From positions 1 through 55,730 of the IMG/VR virus record IMGVR_UViG_3300044682_000046: 55,730 bases of DNA. One strand, written 5' to 3'. Below, piece by piece: positions 45,991-55,069 of the stretch. The DNA is from a virus (taxonomy: Duplodnaviria; Caudoviricetes). Under the pieces are notes generated by a model. That model did not search any database. It was not told where the DNA came from and worked only from the letters and a program-made list of their open reading frames with translations. Each line of letters starts with the position of its first letter. Within the stretch, counting starts at the first letter, position 1. The position numbers were made by a program, and so were the translations under genes.

Positions 45991-46913
45991 TACGACACCT
46001 GAAAGATCAGACCGTCCAAGAACACGTATCCCGCAACGTCCGGCTCTACAGTGGGCAATCCTATCGTCCACGTCGGGGACGCCGCGTTCCATCCAAGAGC
46101 CGACAATTGCATCACGCCATCTCCGTCTTGGATTCCGCCGATATTGCTCCACGGAACGCCCGGGCCGTATGGCAAAAACGTCGGCAGATTAGAGCCGGGT
46201 TTAGCCATGACAATCCCGCCATTAAGATATAATTGTCCCGGCGGGAACAGCGCTTGAAGCTCGACCCAACTAAGGACGGCCCCAGGAGCGGGGTAACTCG
46301 CGTTATGCTGCTCGCTTACAGTGATAGAAACGCTACTACCATCGTCGGCAAAGATCGTCGCTTGCGCCGTAAGCAAGTTCTCGATTTCCCAAGTCCGCGA
46401 CGACGGTATGTTCAATCGAAACCGTATGTCAGCACGGCGTTGTGTCTGTAGATTGACAATCTCGGGAATGAACATCATCTGTCGAGGCATCTCGACAAGC
46501 GCTATTCCCAATAGTTGCAATTTCTCACGGTTCTGCGCGATCATCACGCCGTCACGAAACAGCTTGGCGTAGCCCCGTGCGCCCGGCCCATAGAACGACG
46601 CGAGGAAGGTAACAATATCGAACTCGACGGAGAACGTCTGGCCTAAGCCGTTATTGGCCTGCGCCCAATGTTGGGAAATGATCTGGCCGCCCGGCCCCTC
46701 CTCGTCGATAATACCGAGCGCGCACCAATTCGTGCCGACCTCAGGCATGGACGGGGGGTGCAACTGCCAGCGCGGCCGGACCAGATTGCCCGGAAGGCGC
46801 GTGACGCCGGCAACAAACGCTTGGACAATCGCGTCAAGCGCGCCGTCCTCGGGGACCGGCGCGCCGACCGGGCTGAGATAACCCCCGGTTGCGCTGGTCG
46901 CCTGGACCGCCAT
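45990..46913 (-). CDS. neck/tail terminator protein with C-terminal extension
   Basis: SATGGYL.P, G.T.LPG.LVRPRWQ..PP..P...NWCA.G, SFYGP. Confidence 0.8.
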   Translation of the reverse strand: MAVQATSATGGYLSPVGAPVPEDGALDAIVQAFVAGVTRLPGNLVRPRWQLHPPSMPEVGTNWCALGIIDEEGPGGQIISQHWAQANNGLGQTFSVEFDIVTFLASFYGPGARGYAKLFRDGVMIAQNREKLQLLGIALVEMPRQMMFIPEIVNLQTQRRADIRFRLNIPSSRTWEIENLLTAQATIFADDGSSVSITVSEQHNASYPAPGAVLSWVELQALFPPGQLYLNGGIVMAKPGSNLPTFLPYGPGVPWSNIGGIQDGDGVMQLSALGWNAASPTWTIGLPTVEPDVAGYVFLDGLIFQVS

Positions 46914-46916
46914 AAC

Positions 46917-47282
46917 TCAGAATTGCGCGAGCGACGCGAGCATGTGGCCGTGAGAGGTCGTTCCCCACGCCGCAAGCGCATAGGCTTTCCGCCGCGCTTT
47001 CGTCGTCGTGAGGTTTGGCGCGCTATGCGTCGGGATCTGGCGCGTCACCTCCTTGCGGCTCTTGTTGAGCTTGAACGGCGCATTAGCGCTGACAACGTTG
47101 TGCAGAACGTAAAGCACGCGCGCCTGGCTGACGTTCTCAGCCTTGAACCGCCCGTAGACCGAGTTGACCGCGACCGGGGCCAAATCGATCCATTGCTGGA
47201 CCTTGGCCTCGGGATAGGTTGCAAGCCACGGATAGGTCGCGACCAGCGCGGCATAAGTCAGCGGAGGGGTTTTGGCGGCCAT
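46917..47282 (-). CDS. second, divergent DUF4054-like protein
   Basis: YP.....P...VQ.W...A, LYVLH, W..T..G pattern. Confidence 0.55.
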   Translation of the reverse strand: MAAKTPPLTYAALVATYPWLATYPEAKVQQWIDLAPVAVNSVYGRFKAENVSQARVLYVLHNVVSANAPFKLNKSRKEVTRQIPTHSAPNLTTTKARRKAYALAAWGTTSHGHMLASLAQF

Positions 47283-47293
47283 GAAAGCTCCGT

Positions 47294-47686
47294 TCAGGTC
47301 GAGGCGTTGAGTTGGATCAAATCACACGCCACGCGGTAATAACCCACGCCGTATGCTGACCAATCTTCCGACATTCTTACTACGTACATTCTCCCGTGCC
47401 ACGTCACAACGTCGGCCAACCGAGATTGCACGTCGTTTGTCTTGGTCCCGGCGGACAGCTTCGTCCGCGTGAATATGAAGATCGTTCCCTCAAGCCGGGA
47501 GCCGTCGGCGAGGCGCAGCATACTCGTCTTGTCAGGCTGAATGACCGCAACGAGCGGGTAGGCGGGATGCGGAGTTTCGAGCGGTACGCCGCCTTGGCTC
47601 ATCATTACGGATGTCGAAACGACGGTGCAGCTATCGAGAAAATCGGGATCGCTGAAAACGTCGTCGACGTCGATCCTGGCCATCAA
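47294..47686 (-). CDS. head-tail adaptor/stopper protein
   Basis: DV.DV..DPDF.D, AD.V.W.G..Y.V....DWS.YG.G. Confidence 0.8.
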   Translation of the reverse strand: MMARIDVDDVFSDPDFLDSCTVVSTSVMMSQGGVPLETPHPAYPLVAVIQPDKTSMLRLADGSRLEGTIFIFTRTKLSAGTKTNDVQSRLADVVTWHGRMYVVRMSEDWSAYGVGYYRVACDLIQLNAST

Positions 47687-48261
47687 ACCTTCCTGATCAC
47701 GGACTGGATATGTCGCATGTAATCCGAAGTGCGGATAAGCGGCGTCTCGCCTTCGAAGCCCGCGCGCTTTCTTGCGGCAAGCGTCGCGGGTTTAAGCGGC
47801 GGCGGAATAACGTCGACGATTTTCGTTTTGACCGCCGAGACGGCCTCGATTCCCACGGCGGTCAACGCCTTCGTAACGGCGTCCGTTATCGGGGCCTTCC
47901 GGCCATTGGCGACCATCTGCGCAAGCGTGTCATGCGGCGCGTTGATCGGCTTAGGCGGGGCCTCGCGTTCGTGCAACGAATCGAGCGTCGCTATCGCGGC
48001 GCGGCGCAACCGCTCATGACATTTCGTGCTTGCCGAATAAGCCGCGACGGCGGGGATGAGATGGGGCCGGGGCGGAATGTTCTTGTCTGGCATGCCGAAT
48101 TCGTTGATGTAGCCGATCTGCGCGTTCGTGATCCCGCCGCCGTCCGCCGCCTCACGCTTCGCGTCCTCGGCGGGAATGCCGATCATGACGCGGCGGCGCG
48201 TGAGCGCGGTAATCGCCTCGATAAGCTGCGCGCTCTGATCCTTGGTGACGGCGACGGGCAC
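47683..48261 (-). CDS. virion morphogenesis/neck protein
   Basis: V.IGIP, NA.IGYINEFG....NIP.RP.L, PPL...T...R, PLI.T. Confidence 0.8.
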   Translation of the reverse strand: MPVAVTKDQSAQLIEAITALTRRRVMIGIPAEDAKREAADGGGITNAQIGYINEFGMPDKNIPPRPHLIPAVAAYSASTKCHERLRRAAIATLDSLHEREAPPKPINAPHDTLAQMVANGRKAPITDAVTKALTAVGIEAVSAVKTKIVDVIPPPLKPATLAARKRAGFEGETPLIRTSDYMRHIQSVIRKV

Positions 48262-48735
48262 TTACTGCGGCCAAGGCCAATACGCGCCCAAGGGCAACGT
48301 AGGCGCGGAACCCGGCGGCGAAATACCGGGGATAGACCAAGGAAGGCCGCCGCCGGGAATGTGTAGCCCGCCCAGGCAGGCGCCCTGCACAAGGCGATAA
48401 AACCGCTGCCCGTAGGAGGTCGCATTGTACTCGCCGGCGCCCGTAATTGCCGCGGCCTCGGTGTCGTAGGTCTGGCTCACGGAGCCGACGGTCTTTCCCG
48501 ACGTGACCGTAAGCGCCGCGCCGAAACTCGCCCCGCCCGCCTCGGCGCTCAGTTGCGCCCGCCTCGAAAGATAGAGATTATGCGCCGTCCAAAGCATCGC
48601 CGCATAATCGAGGTTTGCCCCCAGGCGGTAGGCGTCGATCTGCTGATAGGCTTGCGCCGACCAAAGCGCGACCGCATTCGGCGGCACGTTGCCGAACTCC
48701 GGGAACATCGTCACGAAGTCGTTTTGGTCGAACAT
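48262..48735 (-). CDS. DUF4054 head-tail connector
   Basis: F...FPEF, L.TAH.L, K.VGSVS..YD, N.T.YG..F. Confidence 0.88.
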   Translation of the reverse strand: MFDQNDFVTMFPEFGNVPPNAVALWSAQAYQQIDAYRLGANLDYAAMLWTAHNLYLSRRAQLSAEAGGASFGAALTVTSGKTVGSVSQTYDTEAAAITGAGEYNATSYGQRFYRLVQGACLGGLHIPGGGLPWSIPGISPPGSAPTLPLGAYWPWPQ

Positions 48736-49004
48736 TACCCTATAACCGTCGGGTTGTAGACGATCGCCGCCGGGAACCTCGGGTCAAGGGCGGCCACATA
48801 GACGATCGACGATCCGTCCGCCGGATAAACCGGCGTCGATCCCATCAGCGGGCTAAGGACAAATCCGGGCGTCCCGACCGCAGGCAACGAGTCCGCCACG
48901 ACGATCACAACGCTCCCGTAACCCAAGCATTGCACCTGGGCCGGCGCAATCCCGAGACTTACGAACGTCCCCGAGTTGATTGTCAGCGGCGTCGTCGCGG
49001 CCAT
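48735..49004 (-). CDS. small beta-rich virion protein
   Basis: 89 aa in head operon. Confidence 0.6.
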   Translation of the reverse strand: MAATTPLTINSGTFVSLGIAPAQVQCLGYGSVVIVVADSLPAVGTPGFVLSPLMGSTPVYPADGSSIVYVAALDPRFPAAIVYNPTVIG

Positions 49005-49007
49005 GGG

Positions 49008-49466
49008 TTATACCCCCGCCGCCATTTCCGCCGCGGCCTTGCCGGACTTGATATCGGCCTCCAGCACGCGCTCAAGCCCGTGCTTGCGATCGGCCGGCGA
49101 CAGGATCATCTCCGGATGCTTCGGGTCAATGCCCTCGAAGCCGGTTTTGAGATCGCGCTCGTCAAGCGCCTGGGCAACGGCTCTCTCGCGATTCGCCTGC
49201 ATCTTGACCGCACCCGATCGGACAACCGCGTCATTCTTGTGCGCGGCAAACCAAGACTCCCAGAAATCGGCGGCGACCTCGGTCAGGCCATGCCCGCCGA
49301 TGACGCCGGACGAATTGGCGCCATTGAGACGGACCCTCGTCAGGTCGATTGACCCGCCAACCGGAATCTTGATCGGCTTGCCGTCGTCGGTTTTGCCGCT
49401 CTCCTCCAGATAAATGTCGAGGCCGTGCGGAAGCTTGCACTCGATCCAAACGCTCGATTTTGCCAT
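49008..49466 (-). CDS. conserved head-associated protein
   Basis: CKLPHGL, L.GAN, G.GLT.V..DFW..W, TGFE..DP. Confidence 0.75.
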   Translation of the reverse strand: MAKSSVWIECKLPHGLDIYLEESGKTDDGKPIKIPVGGSIDLTRVRLNGANSSGVIGGHGLTEVAADFWESWFAAHKNDAVVRSGAVKMQANRERAVAQALDERDLKTGFEGIDPKHPEMILSPADRKHGLERVLEADIKSGKAAAEMAAGV

Positions 49467-49510
49467 AAATTTCAAACCTCATTCACTAGCGGAAGTCCGC
49501 GCCATGAATT

Positions 49511-50563
49511 TCAGACGCCTAGCATCTGAGCGCAGGCGATCGGGCGCCGCCAGATCGCGCCCCAGCCGCCGCCGATCTTCTTCTGACGGAAGGCCGAAAG
49601 CTCGGGAACGATGCGGCCGGCGCGCAATTTTTCGGTGAATGCACAATAGACGCTGCGCACGCCGTCAATCTCGTCAACAAACAGTTGAATGAGATTGCCG
49701 GACGGGGTCGCCGTCTCCGGGACGGTGATGATTCGCATGTTCGGAAAGTTTTCCTTGAACCATGAGCGAACCGAAACCAGCGTGTATTGCGTGCCCTTGC
49801 CGAGGTTCGGCTCCACGGTCGGCGGCAGGACCATCGTCATCGGCGTATCGCGGTCAAGCGCATAGCCCTGCAACTGAGTTTGCAGCTGGGTGTATAAAAG
49901 TATGCCGTCGTTCATGATCTCGTATGCTTGAGCGACGGCCCAAGTCGTCCCGCCGGCAAGCTTTGTTGACGGCGTGATCGGGGCCGATAGCGACGAATCA
50001 TTGAGGGCGCCGTAGTTCTGCGGTCCTTCAAGGCCGAACAGATAGTCCTTGTTCAGCCACTTGTTCAATACCAGCGCGCTCGAATAGCCCACGTCGGCGA
50101 CATAATTTATCTGAGCGAGGCCGAACATTTCCGTCTCTAGGTCTCCGTACTGGGAGACCGTCTGCACATGGAAGCTCTGCCGCGGAACCCAATTGTAATT
50201 CGAATCGACCGCGCCGCCCTGCTGATAGTCGCTATACGCCGCGACTTGACCCGTGGTTTCAACCACCGGAAACTGAGCTGTAACGGTCGTCCACTCGCCT
50301 TTTTTCACCTCCGAATATGCCAGGGCGGCCTTCATCGGGGTGACGAGCACGCGGATCATCTGCGGATCGAGCAGGTTCGCGAGATAGGCCGGAATGCCGA
50401 CGTTCTGCGCCGTAATCGTCTGCGGCTGAGCGTCATAGGCCATGCGAAGGCGGTTGAGGGTTGGGCCGGGATTTTCCCGCCAATTCTCGGGCAAAACCTC
50501 CGCGTAAGGTTGCGGCACAATTCCGCGAGCCAATAGCCCCTGGCGGTCGCTCTCTTTCATCAT
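49511..50563 (-). CDS. major capsid protein (DUF2184)
   Basis: N.GIPAYL...DP, E.KKG.W, FPVVE.TG....Y.D, RQS...QT..QYG, N.G.LND, FTEKLR. Confidence 0.92.
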   Translation of the reverse strand: MMKESDRQGLLARGIVPQPYAEVLPENWRENPGPTLNRLRMAYDAQPQTITAQNVGIPAYLANLLDPQMIRVLVTPMKAALAYSEVKKGEWTTVTAQFPVVETTGQVAAYSDYQQGGAVDSNYNWVPRQSFHVQTVSQYGDLETEMFGLAQINYVADVGYSSALVLNKWLNKDYLFGLEGPQNYGALNDSSLSAPITPSTKLAGGTTWAVAQAYEIMNDGILLYTQLQTQLQGYALDRDTPMTMVLPPTVEPNLGKGTQYTLVSVRSWFKENFPNMRIITVPETATPSGNLIQLFVDEIDGVRSVYCAFTEKLRAGRIVPELSAFRQKKIGGGWGAIWRRPIACAQMLGV

Positions 50564-50619
50564 GGTTTCGGTTCCTTATTTCAGGCGCGCAAGCGCCGCT
50601 CCGGGGAAAGTTGGGGGGC

Positions 50620-51588
50620 TCAGCTTCTCGTGCTGATCATCGCGAGTTCGTTCGCCCCCGCGTAGGTATCGACAAGCCATTTCGTCGCGACGTTTGTGGC
50701 GCCGGTAACGGTCCCGCTTGAGGCCGTTTGCGAGGGCGAAACCGCATAAGTGCCCGCGCCGCCCCCGCCCGTCAGCGCCGCGGTTGCGCCGCCATTGGTC
50801 GAGTTGGCCCAGATGGCGGACCCCGCCGAGACGCCGGTTCCGGTCAATGTCGCGCCTAGCGGGTAAGTCCCGGTCACGGTCCCGCCGAGCGTAAGCAGCC
50901 CATACGAGCCGGTGATTGTTTCGGACGAAATCGACTGATAATCGCCGACCGAAAGCAGATAGCGCCCGACGCCGCCGACCGTTTCACCCGTGTTGAGCGG
51001 CGTGACCTGGACGATCACCTGAGTGCCGCTGACGACGTTCGTGCCCGAAATGATCGTGCCGGGAACGATCGAGCCCGCCGAGACGGCGGTGACGGTCATG
51101 AGGTTGTCGCTGATCGCCGCCGTGCAAGAGAGCGTGGTGACGGGCGCAATTGTAAACGTGGTCGAGGTCGCCGAGGACGGCGCGCTCGCTGCCGCGGCGA
51201 CCCCGGTTCCGTCCGCATAGTTGGCGTAAACCGTCTGGCCAATCTGGGCGCCCGCCGCGAACCGGCACCAAACGTCCGCCGTGTCGAAGATGTTCACCTC
51301 CATCCCCGGCGGGATCGTCATCGTCGATTGCGGGAGCCAATTCGCATAGCCGGTCGGCACGATAAGCGCCGGCTGGTCTTTCTGGATGAAACCGAGCCGC
51401 CCGTTGCCGCCGACGGCGACAATGCCGGACGGGCTGAGCCAGGCGAACCGGCCGACAACGACGCCATTCGGGCCGGCCATAGGCTGCCCCGGCCCGACAA
51501 GCATGGAGAATTTCGGATTGGCTGACGCCCAGCCCCCCTCGATGCCCGGAGCGGGATTTGCGTTCATGACAGTTTGAAATCCGGCCAT
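50620..51588 (-). CDS. head cement/decoration protein with inserted beta domains
   Basis: FQ...N..PAPG.EG..AS.NP, AG..GV.VGRFAW; upstream of capsid gene. Confidence 0.8.
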   Translation of the reverse strand: MAGFQTVMNANPAPGIEGGWASANPKFSMLVGPGQPMAGPNGVVVGRFAWLSPSGIVAVGGNGRLGFIQKDQPALIVPTGYANWLPQSTMTIPPGMEVNIFDTADVWCRFAAGAQIGQTVYANYADGTGVAAAASAPSSATSTTFTIAPVTTLSCTAAISDNLMTVTAVSAGSIVPGTIISGTNVVSGTQVIVQVTPLNTGETVGGVGRYLLSVGDYQSISSETITGSYGLLTLGGTVTGTYPLGATLTGTGVSAGSAIWANSTNGGATAALTGGGGAGTYAVSPSQTASSGTVTGATNVATKWLVDTYAGANELAMISTRS

Positions 51589-51651
51589 CGACCGTACTCC
51601 TATTGTTTTGCAGAGAAATTGGCTGCGCTCACTGTTTCACAGTGAAACAGA

Positions 51652-52596
51652 TCATACGTGTTGTGGCGCCGGATTCTTGGCGAAGAACTCGGACAACACG
51701 CCGTCGCCGGCCCGGCCGCTATCGAGCGCCAGGCCCGACGCGGACGCGAGGGCTGAACTCTGTTTCGCCGTCGCGACTTGGCTGAACAAGATTTTGAGCG
51801 CCGGCAGCGGAAGGCCGGCGATCTCGTCTTTCTTGACGCCCGCAAACTGCCCCAGGGCGGTCGCGTAGACGGTCTCGGCGCTCTTGCTGTCCTCGGCGAT
51901 TTCAAGCCGGCCCACGAAAGGCGCAACGGCCTGCTCGGCCTCGCGAATGGCGCGATGCTTCGCCTCGGAGGCGGCAACCGCCGCGCCGATCATCTTCTCC
52001 ACTACCGCCGCGTCCATCGCGCCACCGCCTGTTTCCAGTTTCTCGACGCCCTGTTGGCGCGCGCTCGCGCCCTCGGCGTCCCTCGCGCGCTTGTCTTTCG
52101 CCTTGCGGTCCATGCGCTGCTCTTCCGTTTCGCCGTCGCGGGCGCGCTTCCGATCCTCGGACGCCTCCTCCTCGTCGCGCTTTTTCGCCTCGGCCTCGGC
52201 GTCCTTGGCCTTTTTGGCGTCGGCGGCGCGCTTGTCCTCGGCCTCTTTCTTCTTCTTGGCCTCCTCCTCTTCGGAGTCCTTCGCGCGCTTCGCGTCCTCG
52301 GCCTTCTTCTTTTCGGCCTCGGCCTCGTCTTTCGCCCGCTTGTCGCGCGCCTTGCACATGGCGTCGTAGGTCTTCCAATCCTCGGCGCTCATCTTGCTCT
52401 TGACGAAGTTTTCCGGCTCGGCGTCCTTGGCCTTGCGATCTTCTTCCGTGCTTGACATTGGAATCCCCGCATTTGGAGAGGTTGACATTACTTGATCGCT
52501 CCCTGTGACAAGCAAGGATTCATCAAGGCCTAACACTTTCAGTACCGCTTGGGGTGTGATAAACTTCTCTTGCAATGCCGCCTTGAGAGAAGTCAT
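51652..52596 (-). CDS. scaffold-like protein (C-terminal part of a DUF2213-type protein)
   Basis: A.D..E charged repeats, AMDA, A...V.P.VG, SA..VY..AL. Confidence 0.7.
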   Translation of the reverse strand: MTSLKAALQEKFITPQAVLKVLGLDESLLVTGSDQVMSTSPNAGIPMSSTEEDRKAKDAEPENFVKSKMSAEDWKTYDAMCKARDKRAKDEAEAEKKKAEDAKRAKDSEEEEAKKKKEAEDKRAADAKKAKDAEAEAKKRDEEEASEDRKRARDGETEEQRMDRKAKDKRARDAEGASARQQGVEKLETGGGAMDAAVVEKMIGAAVAASEAKHRAIREAEQAVAPFVGRLEIAEDSKSAETVYATALGQFAGVKKDEIAGLPLPALKILFSQVATAKQSSALASASGLALDSGRAGDGVLSEFFAKNPAPQHV

Positions 52597-53482
52597 GAAC
52601 GAACCTCAGATTTTTTACGTCTATGCTCTATTCGATGCTAATGGCATTCCACGCTACATCGGTAAAGGCAAGGGCAGCCGATGGTTCAACCATCAACGAT
52701 GGATTGAGCGCCGAAATCAAGTCAAACGAGCTTTCATCAAGCGAACCTTGGGCAAACTCGGCGACATACCCAAGGTCAAAGTCCGACAGAATATTTCTGA
52801 AGCTGAGGCGTTCGAAACGGAAATAGCCTTGATTAAGGCTATTGGACGACAGGACAAGGGACTTGGCCCTCTCACGAACATGAGCGACGGCGGAACGGGT
52901 GGATATTGCGGCAATCCCCTGTCCCGCAAAGTCCGTACATGGACGCCAGAACAACGCAAACACTTCGGCGAAAAAATCAAATCGTGGTGGGCTTCTGCTT
53001 CATCACAAGAAAAGGAACTTCAGCGCTCCGTGGCCCTAAAAATGCACAATCACCCAAATTATGGGCTCAAACGTCGCATGGCTATAGTAATAGGGAAACA
53101 GAAGCGCTCGCCAGAACAACGAGCAATGACCGCTGCCAAATTACTTGTTGCCTTTCCACCCGAAAAACGAAGTGAGGCGGCCAAGCGGTTCCACTCCTCT
53201 CAAACACAGGAGGAACGAAACCGGCGAGTCATCGGCTCCCTAACTCAAGATCAACGAAGAGAAAGATCGATAAAGTCTAATAAATCCCAGACTACAGAGC
53301 AGAGAAGCGCTCGCAACCGTCTCGCCGCAGCTAACTTCTCTCCTGAAGCCAAGATTAGACGAAAAGAACGCGCTCGCCTGCTTGGCATGAGCCGTTGGAT
53401 TACAAACGGCCAAGACACTATGAGGATATCCGAGATAGAAGCTATACCTGTAGGATGGCGCTATGGCCGCACGCGCGTATAG
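52595..53482 (+). CDS. GIY-YIG homing endonuclease (antisense insertion)
   Basis: FYVYAL......P.YIGKG...R...H, E.EAF..E..LI...GR, GPLTN.SDGG; basic repeats; WITNG. Confidence 0.85.
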   Translation: MNEPQIFYVYALFDANGIPRYIGKGKGSRWFNHQRWIERRNQVKRAFIKRTLGKLGDIPKVKVRQNISEAEAFETEIALIKAIGRQDKGLGPLTNMSDGGTGGYCGNPLSRKVRTWTPEQRKHFGEKIKSWWASASSQEKELQRSVALKMHNHPNYGLKRRMAIVIGKQKRSPEQRAMTAAKLLVAFPPEKRSEAAKRFHSSQTQEERNRRVIGSLTQDQRRERSIKSNKSQTTEQRSARNRLAAANFSPEAKIRRKERARLLGMSRWITNGQDTMRISEIEAIPVGWRYGRTRV

Positions 53483-54233
53483 CCTCCTCTATTAGAGACC
53501 ATTCGGCCTCAAAATCGATCAGCGCATTATCTGCGACCATTGCTCCCGATACTCTCCCGTCAGATACTATCGCGCAATGATTAAATAGTATCCCCTCCAT
53601 TTTCCCATCGAACGGTAGGCCATTATGGATACCGGGTTCCATTCTTGCCTTATACCTGTAACCGCACGATAGATCACTTCGCTCGCCACTTTCTATTAGT
53701 TTGATCGCGTCCGCATCCCAAACTATCAATTCCGCTAGAATATTAGGTGGTTCCCACACCGGATTGATGACACTGCCAATCACAACCTCTCGATCGTGAT
53801 CGTCGGCGGTGATCGCCTTGTGGCGGATCAGCAATGGCTTGCCCTGCAAGCTTGGAGTCGCCGCCTCAAGCGCAACAGGATCGCGCAGAAGCATATATTT
53901 TCGGTTCGGATCAAGGCCAAGCGCGGCCGCATCCGGGATTTCCTTGCCCCAATATGGGTTTATTTGGGCCGCACTCACAACTGACGAAGCCACGCGCAGA
54001 TGGCCGTCAACGTCATAGGTGCGGACAGATGACCGATCGAACGCGACGGCGTCATGCGCTGCGGGCCTCAAGGCCGCGTCCACCTCGGCGTCAAACGCCT
54101 TGTCCGCGCCGCGGTCCTTGCCGGCCTTCCGGTATGCCGCCGCAATCGCCTGCTCGCGCGGATGGCCCGCTTTTATCATTTCCGCGATGTTGGAACTCAT
54201 CACAGACGCAGACGAACCGGCCGCGAGGGGCAT
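53442..54233 (-). CDS. DUF2213 prohead protease-like protein
   Basis: R.YD.DG.L, PY.G.EIP....LGL, G.P....H, LSCGY, NH.AIV..GR. Confidence 0.88.
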   Translation of the reverse strand: MPLAAGSSASVMSSNIAEMIKAGHPREQAIAAAYRKAGKDRGADKAFDAEVDAALRPAAHDAVAFDRSSVRTYDVDGHLRVASSVVSAAQINPYWGKEIPDAAALGLDPNRKYMLLRDPVALEAATPSLQGKPLLIRHKAITADDHDREVVIGSVINPVWEPPNILAELIVWDADAIKLIESGERSDLSCGYRYKARMEPGIHNGLPFDGKMEGILFNHCAIVSDGRVSGAMVADNALIDFEAEWSLIEEAIRACGHSAILQV

Positions 54234-54242
54234 GGGTACGGC

Positions 54243-55058
54243 TTAACGTCTCGCCGGATCGGTTGGCGCCGGGTATCTCATTAGGTTCGCCTGCACAGGC
54301 GGATTGTCTGGCCAAGGTTTTAGGTTCGCCTGCACGCCCGGATCGGGCGCCGGATCGGCCACGCGCGCGGGCATAGGCTTCCCGTCCCCCCGCTCTTTCT
54401 TGTCGGCGTCCTCCTTGGCGCTCTCAACCTCGGCGGCGGCTTTTGCATTGGCGGACGATACGTCCTGAGCCGCCTTGGCGTAAGCGGCCTCCTTAGCCGC
54501 CTCCGCCTCAGCATTTACCCGCCGGGTCGCCTCGGCCTCCGCAATTGCCCTTCTCTGTCGGGCGGCCTTATCGGCAACGGCGATTCCGTCCGCGGTCTTG
54601 CGATCGTCGGCGCCCCTGTTCTCAGCCTCGTAGGATTTGGCGTCCCTGGGCTTCGGGGCGGACGCCTCCTTCACAAGCCTGTCAACGTCGTCGTCGAAAG
54701 CCTTGTCGTCGCCGCGGACCCGGCTATCGTCCTTGTACGCGGTATCGGTCGCCTCCTCTTGCGTATGCCCCGCGCCGACAAGCCCGACGATCTTCTCGCT
54801 CAATGCCTTGGCCTCGGCCGCCGCGTCCGCATTCTCTTTCGCGACCTCGCCGGCCCTCGCTTCGTCTGCCTTGTGCTTATCCCAAGCCGCGGCCTTTATC
54901 TCCGATTTCGACAAATCAGGCTGAGGAACGCCCTCGATCTCCGCCCATTTCGTCTTCGACACGACGCCGGCATAATTGTAACGCCACAACGTTCCGTCGT
55001 CGCAAAGGGCGATAATCCCGTGATCGTTGCCGTGAATCTGTATCATCTTGCGCGCCAT
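54243..55058 (-). CDS. hypothetical protein, Ala/Lys/Glu-rich
   Basis: AGGAG RBS; ALCDDGTLW N-terminal domain then charged helix. Confidence 0.7.
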   Translation of the reverse strand: MARKMIQIHGNDHGIIALCDDGTLWRYNYAGVVSKTKWAEIEGVPQPDLSKSEIKAAAWDKHKADEARAGEVAKENADAAAEAKALSEKIVGLVGAGHTQEEATDTAYKDDSRVRGDDKAFDDDVDRLVKEASAPKPRDAKSYEAENRGADDRKTADGIAVADKAARQRRAIAEAEATRRVNAEAEAAKEAAYAKAAQDVSSANAKAAAEVESAKEDADKKERGDGKPMPARVADPAPDPGVQANLKPWPDNPPVQANLMRYPAPTDPARR

Positions 55059-55069
55059 GGAATTTTCTC

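Noticed and set aside
54281-54335. 16-bp direct repeat TTAGGTTCGCCTGCAC
   Set aside because: Coding duplication of VQANL; only two copies
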